Shown: piece by piece, positions 33,601-42,903 of the stretch | Numbering within the stretch: the first letter of the stretch is position 1 | Layout of the letters: each line of letters begins with the position of its first letter | NCBI GenBank assembly: GCA_000708835.1 | Contig: DF237017.1 | Span: 34,964-77,866 of the forward strand | Reading direction: 5' to 3' | Origin: Klebsormidium nitens | Lineage: Eukaryota > Plantae > Klebsormidiophyceae | Length of the DNA: 42,903 bases | Made by a program: the position numbers and the translations under genes | Notes under the pieces: generated by a model | Database searches by the model: none | What the model saw: the letters and a program-made list of their open reading frames with translations, nothing else | What the model was told of the DNA's origin: nothing

Positions 33601-35523
33601 AGACGAATTGTAGAACTGCTGTCTGTCTTTGGAAGCTTCTTGTCGTGAAAATAGATTTTCCCCGTCCTTGGTGATCCAGGTGGAAAGGGTCAGAAAAGAC
33701 GTTTCTCGACCGTGCAAGCACCTGTTCCAAGCGCCCCTGCCAAACAGAGGAAGGGAAGGACAGCTTCCGATCTGAGGACGCATTGCGTCCAGGCCCGTTT
33801 CATGGAAGACCAGGCTGCAGGTATTGCGTCTTGCCATTCCGACGATCCTTGAGGAATGCTTGCCCGGGACAACTTTTTGTTTGCGCGGCTCTATCTGCTC
33901 AAAACGGAAAGCAGTTTCCGACTGAGCAGGTTGGGTTACGTCATGAAAGAAGAGCACTCCTATCCTGAAGTCGCCTGAAAACCGCGCTTTTGCGTTGAAG
34001 GGCCACTTCGATGCACCTGATACATCTTCGAGAAGTTTATTGCACGCTTGAGCTCGTTCGCGGGTTTGAGACTACTATGCTACGTGCTCTGACACCCGGT
34101 TTCGGGGGTCAAGCAATTCTGGTTTATCCTGTACCCTACCGTGTGGGCATGCTTCTTTCTAATTATGCTCTCCTTTTCGTAAGTGGCAGTAGCAGGAGCA
34201 TTAGAGCCGGTAAGTCTAGAGCGCCTTTGCCTATTCTACTGCGCAGGGTTGCCCCAACAACAGCAGGAGACGCCACGGCAACCACAGGCAGCGCCGCACC
34301 GGTTCGAGGTACCACCCGCACATAGACGCGGGGGCGGCGCTTCTGTGGAGCGCATGAGCATCGACAGCGCATGTGAGCGGATTCTTTGCCAGAACGTTGG
34401 AACGTGTTCGTTTGCGCTTTCGATAGAACTGGGTCGTGCACGCTGGGTAGCAGCCACTGGCGTTTTCAAAGGTTGTCGGTGCCGTCGCCCGCAGCCGTAG
34501 CAGCCTGACCCCTTGAAAGCAAACTTTGAAGTTCTCTGTGACACCGAATTCGATTTATCACAGGTGTTGATGGTGCGCCGGCCTTGCCCGACCCGGAACC
34601 TATATCCAGCTCATGGGGCCTGCGTAGCACTCCGAATGAATTCTTGCCGGACGAAGATCAGTTCTTCGAAGATCTGGAGGGCCTTCCCCAAGCCGCCCGT
34701 AAGTAGATATTGCTCGCCCAGTTGAATCAGGTAGCGAGCCGCCTGTCATCCGCTACTGAAGCCTTTGAGCGTCCTCGGCCTTTGTCTTTCTCGTCACAAG
34801 TATTCTTTTCTCGCTTTGAATTCTGAGTTGTTGCTCTGTTTGTAAGCTGAATCTAAACCCGCTTGCATCTTCACTGTCCCCTGGACTTGCCCACGCGGGG
34901 CTGAAAGAGGTGTCTGCTTTTGCAGCTTACCTCGACTCGATGGACTTGGGCTGTGCTGACCTGTCTAGCGAGAAAGGTGGCATGCCAGACGACGTCCTTC
35001 GTTGGAACGACTCCCCTGACCTTACGGAACCGACTGGTATGCTCTGTCACGCCCTTCACGGTCTTCAGTTACATGGCTGGTGGGGTAGGAACCAATGACT
35101 GTGTGTATCCGTTGATTAAGCAATCTTTGTCTGAAGTCGCAAATCGATCCGCGCTGCTGACGTCATTCTGGCTTTTGCACAGTTTCATTCTGTGGTCTTG
35201 GTACCCGCTTTACATATGCTCCTCGTCAACAGGGTTCGATTCCCTGGAAGGTCTTCGCTTTAGAAAGGGGGACCTTACTTTACCAACCTCGAAAGCTGCA
35301 CCAGATTCTGATTAAAGAGCATGCAGCACGAGTCTGCCGTGTCGCCTACGCCTCGTTCAGAGACGTAAATCTGATCATGACATCACAGTACGATCTCACT
35401 CCCCTCGCATTTGCAGATGCGGGGGGAACCTTGGCGTTCGCTCAGGGCAGCCCTACGTCACCTCTTCAAGCATACAGCTCGTCGTCCTCCTCTTTCAGCC
35501 CCCCGCCTGCACGCCTGCATTAG
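27628..35523 (+). CDS. Large multi-exon gene of unknown function, about 960 aa or more; 5' end unresolved. Exons: 27628-27771, 27919-28078, 28363-28433, 28613-28896, 29053-29153, 29452-29615, 29901-30096, 30310-30519, 30713-30859, 31221-31308, 31631-32009, 32388-32554, 32802-32890, 33012-33097, 33680-33820, 34247-34372, 34564-34698, 34926-35036, then 35233-35315 or 35417-35523
   Basis: A chain of GT-AG introns with matching phases links many short ORF-track fragments into one open frame (e.g. KIPHLCDDFYRLAAEYGK..., KTFGAPIQVLQLVELAAQSRIMH..., VTWLVESEQLLCFPCV..., acidic disordered C-terminus). No domain recognised with confidence. Junctions at 28078-28613 and 33097-33680 have alternatives. 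A candidate start with good context (GCCATG) lies at 27186. Confidence 0.65.
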
Positions 35524-35672
35524 CGTCGGCGAGCCAACCAGGGTCCCCTTTTGATTGCACCCCTCAGGACCAGTCGGGTGTGCTCGGCGTTACTCCACAG
35601 CAGGGTCACGCTCAGGGCTCTCTTCCTTCCCAGTCCGACTCGGCCATACTCGTCTGTAACCCGTGTGCTTAG

Positions 35673-35812
35673 GTCGCTGATGTCATCTTATTTAGGAGGG
35701 GTACCGACTGAATTGTACACTGTACAACTGGCTGATGTATCTTATTTAGGAGGGGTACCGACAATAGATTGTACAGGTCGCTGATGTTATCTTAGTTAGG
35801 AGGGGTGCCGAC
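35673..35812. repeat. Three direct copies of a 32-36-bp motif with 14-22-bp linkers
   Basis: GCTGATGT(C/-/T)ATCTTA(T/G)TTAGGAGGGGT(A/G)CCGAC at about 35676, 35731 and 35780. Both linkers contain TTGTACA. Confidence 0.9.
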
Positions 35813-36955
35813 TAATTTTGTGCCAATACAACAATCTTGTAACCTACGTAACTTTCTGTACATACAACAGAACCATGTACAGCGAGAAAATAATGCGTAT
35901 TAACCGGAGTAGATATAAGTTTGAAGGTTTTCGTATGAAGATACCGCTCAACTTCAGAAGTGACCCGGAAGTAAGTGCCGTGCGCGCCGCCGGACCTGTT
36001 AAGTGAAGCTCCTGATTTGCGGTACCAGTAGGCACCAGGCATTTGACTAGCACACCGTGTGATTCGACAGAGCTTGTCAGAACTCGAGTCACCGCCCGGT
36101 CTCAAGAACTGCTCATGCCCACCGCGGGGCGTACAAAAGGGTCGCCGCGGGCCTTTGAAATACATCACGTTGATGCGATCACGCGATCACCCATCAATGC
36201 AGTGAGTCTGTATCGTACATGCACCTTGGTAGAGAATATATCATGTACGATGGCAGCCCATGCCATCCGTTGAACGGCTTGATTGTACACGTGAGCTTTT
36301 AATTAACGTATATACACTACTGACTGGAAAACCCTGTACCATATTCGGACGGTCAACGCACGCTTCTATAACAGACATTATATGTTTTTTCAACATCATA
36401 GAAGCGTTGCGTCACAAAGCGCCTTTATGAAACTTTCTCGAGTTGTGTTGCGGCGCATGCAACAATCAATCAGACCGTAACTTAGTTGCACGATGCATGC
36501 ATGCAGTGTCCCGGGTCTGATTAAGTAGCATGCCCCGCGAAAAGCCTGAGGCAGCCAATTAGATTCCGATGAACAAAAGCACGATGTTCCAGCATATACT
36601 GAACCCAACCATCATGTGGCTGAATTGCTACAGAGATGTATTCGGGGCTGAAGTTCGCCGTACTGAACCGCTACACAACGTACGTTTTACAAGGGCTACC
36701 AAACGAATGACAAACTACACTAACAGATACTTCTTGAGAGCCATCAAGAACTGGCAACTCAACAGACTCATCACCGTCTTACCGTCCGACCACTCAGCTC
36801 AGGTTTCGCCGACATATTCTACATGAGATTTACATACGTCCTTCCGACGCACTATCAGTGTATAGACCAGTCACGTACCAATCTGTATGCAACGGTACAC
36901 ATGTCCCTGGCCTCCAAGCGTCTATATTTACACCTCACGAAGACACCTACGCTGA

Positions 36956-39817
36956 TCACAGACGGCGCTCGCGGCGCCTCAGACGGTACCCATTCCACTC
37001 CTTCTGCAGAGCCCGGGCAAGACTTGCGTCGGCAACAGGGTTCGCCTTCACGCAAGCCATCGCTGCAGTGCTGCGAGTAATCCTCTTACAATCTGCGTGA
37101 ACGTTAGTCTTCTTCATTGCCGGCAGCCTCCCCTTGCGTCGAGGCGCGCCAGACGCGAGCCTGGGGAGCTCGACACGTGGCGCTGCCTCAGGCGAATCTG
37201 GCGCGCTAGAGCCGGACGTGGCCTCCGAGCTGGGGACCGCCGGCAGCATAGCTGTCTGGCTCTTGCTGCGGAGTGTCATCGTCGGTGCCAAGAGGGGAGT
37301 GGGCTGCCGGGGAACCTGCCTGGCCATCTTGAGCTGATCGTTCGGATGATCCGGGCTGCGAGGTGAAGAGGCCTCCCGATCCGAGACGACGGGAGAGAGG
37401 ATGTTCGAAGAAGCTGGAGGGCGAAGCGGCAAATGCTCCGGCGTCAATTCCGTGAGGCGGCCCGAGTCCCGCAGGACCTGCAGACGTGAGTACCTTGTAA
37501 ACACCGTTTTGTGGACCCGGAATGGCCTTCCGAAAGACAAACCATTTTTCCACGATTCCGGACCTCCATGAATAATTGCAAAGCGTTTTTGGCTGGGCTT
37601 TGGGACCTTGGTCAGCAGTAACTTGGACCGCCGCCTCAATAAACGGCTTTTATCTACGTAAGTGTTTTCTAGGTTTTAATCATGATGACCGACCCGTATC
37701 GACGTTGAGCAAGTCTTAAAAGCCACAAGCATTTTCGATTCAGTCTGCAAGTGCATCGAAGTGAGGAACAATAGCGCCGACACATGCATGGCATTCAGCA
37801 TACCAACGTATGGCAGCAGTTGCTTTTCCTCTTACCCTGTACCTGATTGTTCGACCACTGGAGATTGCCAAATCTGCCAGCAAATTGGATTTGCTGCTGG
37901 TGCGTGTTATGAGCCATCATCTGCAACAGCCGGTCCTCGGCCTCCTTCTTCTCGAGGTTGGCTGCCTCCATGCCGTCTTTCTTTCCCGCTTCCCGGTGAA
38001 GCTGGTTCTCAGCCTTCCTCCTCGTGTCAAACTCCTCCTTCATCAGGCGCTTCTCCTCCCTTGCGGTTGTGACCAGTGCGTCCTTCTCAGCAGCGATGGC
38101 TTCCTTCTCATCGCGGACGCGCTTGATCCCCTTGTTCAGCTCGTCGTTCTCAGTCCGTAGCTGCTCGATGAGGGAATTGTTTTGGACCAACTTCGAGATG
38201 ACCTTGTAGCGAACCTGGACGTTGCCCCTGGACAGCAGAGCTAACTCGGGCTCGCAGAGTCTTTCAACCTGACGACACAAAAATCTTAGATGTCAGTCTT
38301 CTTCTCGCAACGGCTTTTCAAAGGTCGCTGCTGCTTAGCGTTGAGAGAGAACCATAACTCTTGAGATAGATGACTAAGTCAAAGAACTCACAGGACATTC
38401 AGCACCAGACAGCCCACCAGCTTCCTGACAATATACAACAAGATTACATCTACTGTGTGCCTGCGTGGACCTTTCATTGGCATGTTTTGGAAACATCCAT
38501 CTTGAAAAAGAATAACTCAAAGATGTACATGACTGTGGACAGGGCCAGCAACACCGGTTCTTCTGCAAAGAATCTGGTTTTCTCTGAAGCAGCTCATAGA
38601 ACGAAATGTCAGCATCTACAGTCCTTTTGAATGATATTCCCTGAAGGCTTATTGATTACCAGGCTGGAGTATTGAACTGGCCCACTCATCACATCAACTT
38701 CTTCAAGCATTCTCAAGAGACAAGTAAAGCCTCTGTGATTGGCTTTGTACCTTTGACGCCATGCGCAAATGTCTTTTGGGGTGTCTTCCTTTTTGGAGAA
38801 CGGTACAAAAAGCTCACTACTCTCACTCAAGTGCACATTGACTCCTAGCACGGGAGCTTCTTTCCTCACTGCAATGGATTCTTACCAAAGCCTTGCAGAT
38901 CACTGACCCAAAAACAAGCAAGTTTTTATCTGAGAAAGTGACTGACTTACAGCTCAAATGAGATTCGGGTAGCCATCATGCAGCTTGCACTGTCTCCAGA
39001 GGACTGAGGAGCACCTACTGATTCAGTAAGGAGCTTACTCCAGAACAATAAGATGATAAATCAGGTCCAAGATGAATTCAGCCAGTAGTACTTACTGGTG
39101 GGAGGCAGTTGTTCATCTTCACAACATCCTCTTTTGTAGCATGCGCAGGCGGCGCATCGAGAGGGGTGGGGCCACCAGCTGCTGCGGCCATGGTGCTTTT
39201 CGGCGATCCTGCGCGCTGGCAGAACACTTGCGACAGGACGAGGCGCTGCTTGCTGCTGCTTGGAAGCGCTAAACTGGCAACGCTCAGAGATTTGGTGGTG
39301 GCAGGGTTGTGCTGCTGGAATCAGAGCGAAGAGGCAAGGAGAAAATCGGGTGAATGTGGTACTGTGGAATGTTTGGAAATGAAAGGATGCTCGCCCATTT
39401 ATAGGCCTTGCTTGATACGGCACTTTCCATGTGCAGCTTGGCGCCTGCAGCCTTCTCAAGCTACTGTAGCTACCCCCATGCTCCCAGGAATGGTCTGCAC
39501 AGTGCTCTCATGGAAACGCGTTTCCAAGATAGCATCCGAGTCGCATACTCAAGACTGCTGTTTGGGATGCTGTCTCACGGAAATGCGTCGGAAAACGACA
39601 AAGCCCATAGCCAATTGGCAACCGGACACTTCCACGTGGCATAGACGCTGATGATGTTCTCATGCAATCATTTGAGCACATTATATTTGACGGCTGAAGA
39701 TGCACCTTCTTGCACCCAACGGTTGAGATCTGCGTAGGTTTCCACATCCATAGTGAGTAAGGCTTTTGACACTGCTTTTCTTGCTTTTTCATCGTCCGTT
39801 GCAAACTCGTCCTCCAT
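36956..39817 (-). CDS. Coiled-coil protein with a Pro/Ser-rich C-terminal region; confident exons 38268-37843 and 37477-36956, upstream exons (candidates 38426-38394, 39316-39096, 39817-39706) unresolved
   Basis: Exon 38268-37843 encodes a charged heptad region (LIEQLRTENDELNKGIKRVRDEKEAIAAEKDALVTTAREEKRLMKEE). Phase-0 donor CAG|GTACAG joins acceptor CTGCAG|GTC. Terminal exon ends ADASLARALQKEWNGYRLRRRERRL-stop. Candidate first exon MEDEFATDDEKARKAVSKALLTMDVETYADLNRWVQEG starts at 39817. Confidence 0.6.
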
Positions 39818-39851
39818 CAACTCCGGTGGTCAGGATCTGCTTGATTCGACA

Positions 39852-40118
39852 TACCGTACTGCCATTCCCATTCGCACTAAAATAATTATTTTGAGCCCAC
39901 TGCGAAAAGAAATAAACTAACTTTCGACCGAGGTGCGAAAATGCGAAATAAGAAAACAATTGCAAAATCCAATTTCCTGGCCGTTTTGAGTGGTAAAAAT
40001 CGGGAAAACGTTCTTTTGCGAAAATTTCGAAAATTCGTCGAAGCCGGTGCGAAAACCAAAAACTTTCGAAAATAAATATTCGCACCAGCTTGGTGCGAAT
40101 GGGAATGGCAGTACGGTA
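39852..40118. mobile_element. MITE (non-autonomous DNA transposon), probably Tc1/mariner-pogo superfamily; 263 bp between TA duplications
   Basis: Perfect 24-bp TIRs: CCGTACTGCCATTCCCATTCGCAC (39854-39877) and GTGCGAATGGGAATGGCAGTACGG (40093-40116), flanked by TA at 39852-39853 and 40117-40118. AT-rich interior with repeated (GT)GCGAAAA/TCGAAAA motifs and no credible coding frame. Confidence 0.88.
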
Positions 40119-41445
40119 GTGGCTTATGCGTTACCATAGATGCATGGTGCAAATATCCTCCGAGGAATCTTCCAAGCCGGCTGAAACCGTCACGTCCCGC
40201 TTGGTGCCGCACTTTGATCCTACGCACTTAACCCGTCTCGACGAACTATCGACGGTTCAGATTTGATTATACTTGGCCCGCGGCATGCCGTCCGGCTCGG
40301 CAACCGATCGCTCGGCTCATTCTCAATGATTGAAAACATGTGTATCGCGGCCGGCCGCCGTCACTGGCAACCTATGCGCGGCCGTCCGCGGCCGCCCGCT
40401 CGCGAGTCACTCATATGCGGGGATTGTCCGCGGGCATTCGATCCATCAATGGCAACTGCTATGAAATGTCAAAGGATTGATGAAGTCAATAATAATTCGA
40501 TATTGAGAGTCGCAAGGAAGCGAACTTATCATCAACTGGCCATTCAGAGCACCCGCCCGTTGTGAGGTGATGCATCCATTGGGATGTTGCCTGTATGTTA
40601 TAGACCCACATGACGGTGTATGCTCTATCATATTATGCAACCGATCGCTCATAGTATCTAAACTCGAAAACTCCCTATGGCAGATGGGCGCCGGCCGGCT
40701 GCCAGGACGTGGAGTTCACAAGCATGATCCGTGGGCCGGTGCGCGCTTGACCTGATATTTAAGAAATGAAGACTTGATTGGGTGCGGATGCACCCGGCGC
40801 CAGGTTGAAACGCTCTTTTGTGTGCCTTCTTTATGCGTTTGTCAACGGTCAGACTTCTCCATGCACTCTGCATGATCAATGCAGCTTGTATTCTGAAGAG
40901 CCCATTGGCATGCCAAGAATTGTACGGTACTTGCAATTCTTGGATCATTCAGGCACTCTTAAGAACAAAATACAAGCTCTTCTACGAACTGAGACCATCT
41001 CATCTAAACAAAGCCCGTGCGCATCACGGTCATCTAAACTTCATATCGCAAATGCTTCTAAGTCGCATGGTCCGGGTATACCATGTTGCAGGCTCGAGGA
41101 GTCCAATCTTTTTGCATTTCAACGTATAGCTGCCTATTCCTGCGTGGATTTTACAGTAGATGTCCGTCCGATCGACGATAAAGACCAAGAATAGCGTGCA
41201 AGCTAACACAGAGTCGTGTGCGTGAGACTGGGGAGGACCCGTCTGATCTGTGGTATTACATGTTCGACGGTGCCTGAAGACTTTTCAGAAACCCAGCCTC
41301 GTACGAGCAGTATCAGTGCCAGACTTCTAATAGCGAGATGCACCTCCCTCACTTGTGTTTCCGGCCCACAACCCGAAAGAAACGGACATACAAATAGCCA
41401 TTTCCAGATATGCATCCATGCTCAAGCCCGACACTTGCCCCAGCC

Positions 41446-42885
41446 CTAGCTGACCCTGGCCACGATAGGCTTCCGCTTCTCCGCCTCCTGCATGGCTTTG
41501 CGCACCTCCTCGAGCTTGCGGCGCCGAAGCTCTTCGTCTGGGATGCGCATGCCGAGCCCCGGTTGGCCCTGCGCCAAGCTGGGCGCGAGGTGGCCCAGCT
41601 GCATGATGGGCTGTAGGCAGACAGGGGCCGTGTCAGAGGCCGTGACTGGTGCGTCACTCATGATGCTACCCCAAGGAAAGATAGAGCTCAAAATTCAAGA
41701 TGAGCCTTGACCAATCTGGCCCAGCTGCATGATGCGATTGGAATCAGAAACGCGAAACGCCCCTTTAGGAAAGATGGTCCAGTACCCCCGAAGCGGCAAA
41801 GCTCTCAGCGAACGAGTCAGGTTGTTTTCCAAGCCTAACGCATGTTTGCTGCGGCCAAAGATCCACTTGCGGCCAAACATCCACTTGTCAATACCCCAGA
41901 AACCGACCGGAGGGTCATTACCTCAATAACAATACCGAGTTCAACAAAGAGTCTCTCCGAGAGTAGTATAAATACTTCGGCTGCAGATACAAGAAGCAAA
42001 GACCTCTTAGGTGCCTGATCAGTTTTTGAAGCACGAGTATCTGACGCAAGCTTGGCCTGCTGATTGAGGGGCTCCCGGGATAAATCAGAAGGGTTTCAGC
42101 CCAAGTAGTTCCAACTGTGTTCTGATAATGATCTACACTGAAAAGGTACGCCTTAATGCGCAAGAGATTCAGAACGAGAATATAGTGCCAGCCAGATTCC
42201 TTACACGAGGGCGTTGATAGATGCGGAAAGCATGACAGCTTTGAAAGAAGCGTCAACTTCGAGAAAAGCAGATCACTCCAGGAATAACCTATACAAGGCC
42301 GCGTATGCTCAAAACAATGCAGACTGCCAACAGGGCTGCTCGTTAACTTCGAAGCGTCTCTTCCGTCAATGCCATATCCTTGGCAGGGTTCATCTAGGGA
42401 GCGACAAGCAAGCTCGAACTGTTCTGAGACCCCTCTGCACATGGGCAAAGCAATGTTTCCTTGCGATGAAAGCGCTTTGATCGACATTTCATCGCAGGAA
42501 TGGAAAAGAAGACTCTATCAACTCGTCGGGTTTCAATAAGCCTCCGTCTCATTACCCCATGCCAAATACAGAGGGAGAGACAGTGGTTCCATGCCACTCG
42601 TTCAAGATCGAAACAAGATCTCAACAGCTGTCAGGCACGTTCGTCAAACAACCTCACCTGATTGGTCACCGCGTCTGTCAGCTGTCCAGTTATGTCCAGC
42701 CAATAGGCACGCGGCTCATCTGACACGCCACGGCTCTTGAGCACCGTCAGATCGCGGGGCGCGAGTTCTCGGCCGTTGATGATCACACCCGTAGTGCCCC
42801 CTGAGAAGTGCCGCTGCAACTCGTTTATTTCGGGGCCGCCATCCGCCTCCGACTTCTTGTTTCGTACCAGCTCGTGAATGCCAGC
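41446..42885 (-). CDS. 3' end of an EDR4-like (Enhanced Disease Resistance 4 family C-terminal domain) gene; last two exons 42885-42658 and 41610-41446, gene continues beyond the window
   Basis: Spliced translation ...HFSGGTTGVIINGRELAPRDLTVLKSRGVSDEPRAYWLDITGQLTDAVTNQ|PIMQLGHLAPSLAQGQPGLGMRIP... matches my recollection of the plant EDR4-like C-terminal pattern (T.V.VNGREL..DL..L..RG...Y.IDI.G...LG.LAP...G.GM..P). Phase-0 GT-AG intron. Confidence 0.8.
41717..41734 (-). repeat. 18-bp exact intronic copy of the start of the EDR4-like last exon
   Basis: TGGCCCAGCTGCATGATG at 41717-41734 is identical to 41591-41608 (IMQLG codons). The acceptor AG is not retained. Confidence 0.75.
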
Positions 42886-42903
42886 CTGTTTTTGAAAAAG
42901 AAA

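Noticed and set aside
35673-35812. CRISPR-like repeat-spacer appearance
   Set aside because: Eukaryotic context, only three repeats, short related linkers sharing TTGTACA, and no cas genes.
40263-41194. 100-138-aa ORFs between the MITE and the EDR4-like 3' end
   Set aside because: No coding bias, domain or consistent splice chain; probably promoter and 3' UTR sequence.

Overview
Intron-rich eukaryotic nuclear DNA with GT-AG introns, GC-rich coding exons and one 304-N assembly gap at 21541-21844. The gene content (plant UBP15-19-type deubiquitinase, P-class PPR, EDR4-like) suggests a streptophyte green alga such as Klebsormidium; this is inference only. I hand-spliced seven genes by checking splice signals and reading phase: (1) a calmodulin-like protein, + 273-3188; (2) an 11-exon, 1258-aa TM/zf-MYND/USP deubiquitinase whose long disordered tail ends in a SEC-C motif, - 4472-14782; (3) a low-complexity protein with two hydrophobic hairpins, + about 15324-17598; (4) a 7-exon, 1427-aa PPR protein, - 18316-26563; (5) an orphan gene of at least 19 exons and about 960 aa or more, + about 27628-35523; (6) a coiled-coil protein, - 36956 to about 39817; (7) the 3' end of an EDR4-like gene, - 41446-42885. 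A TA-flanked MITE with perfect 24-bp TIRs sits at 39852-40118. The most striking unexplained structure recurs in three minus-strand genes: introns carry diverged tandem copies of the 3' splice site plus the start of the next exon, placed just upstream of the real exon. One copy replaces the USP catalytic His with Asp. I found no rRNA, tRNA or CRISPR array. All gene models are predictions without transcript evidence.
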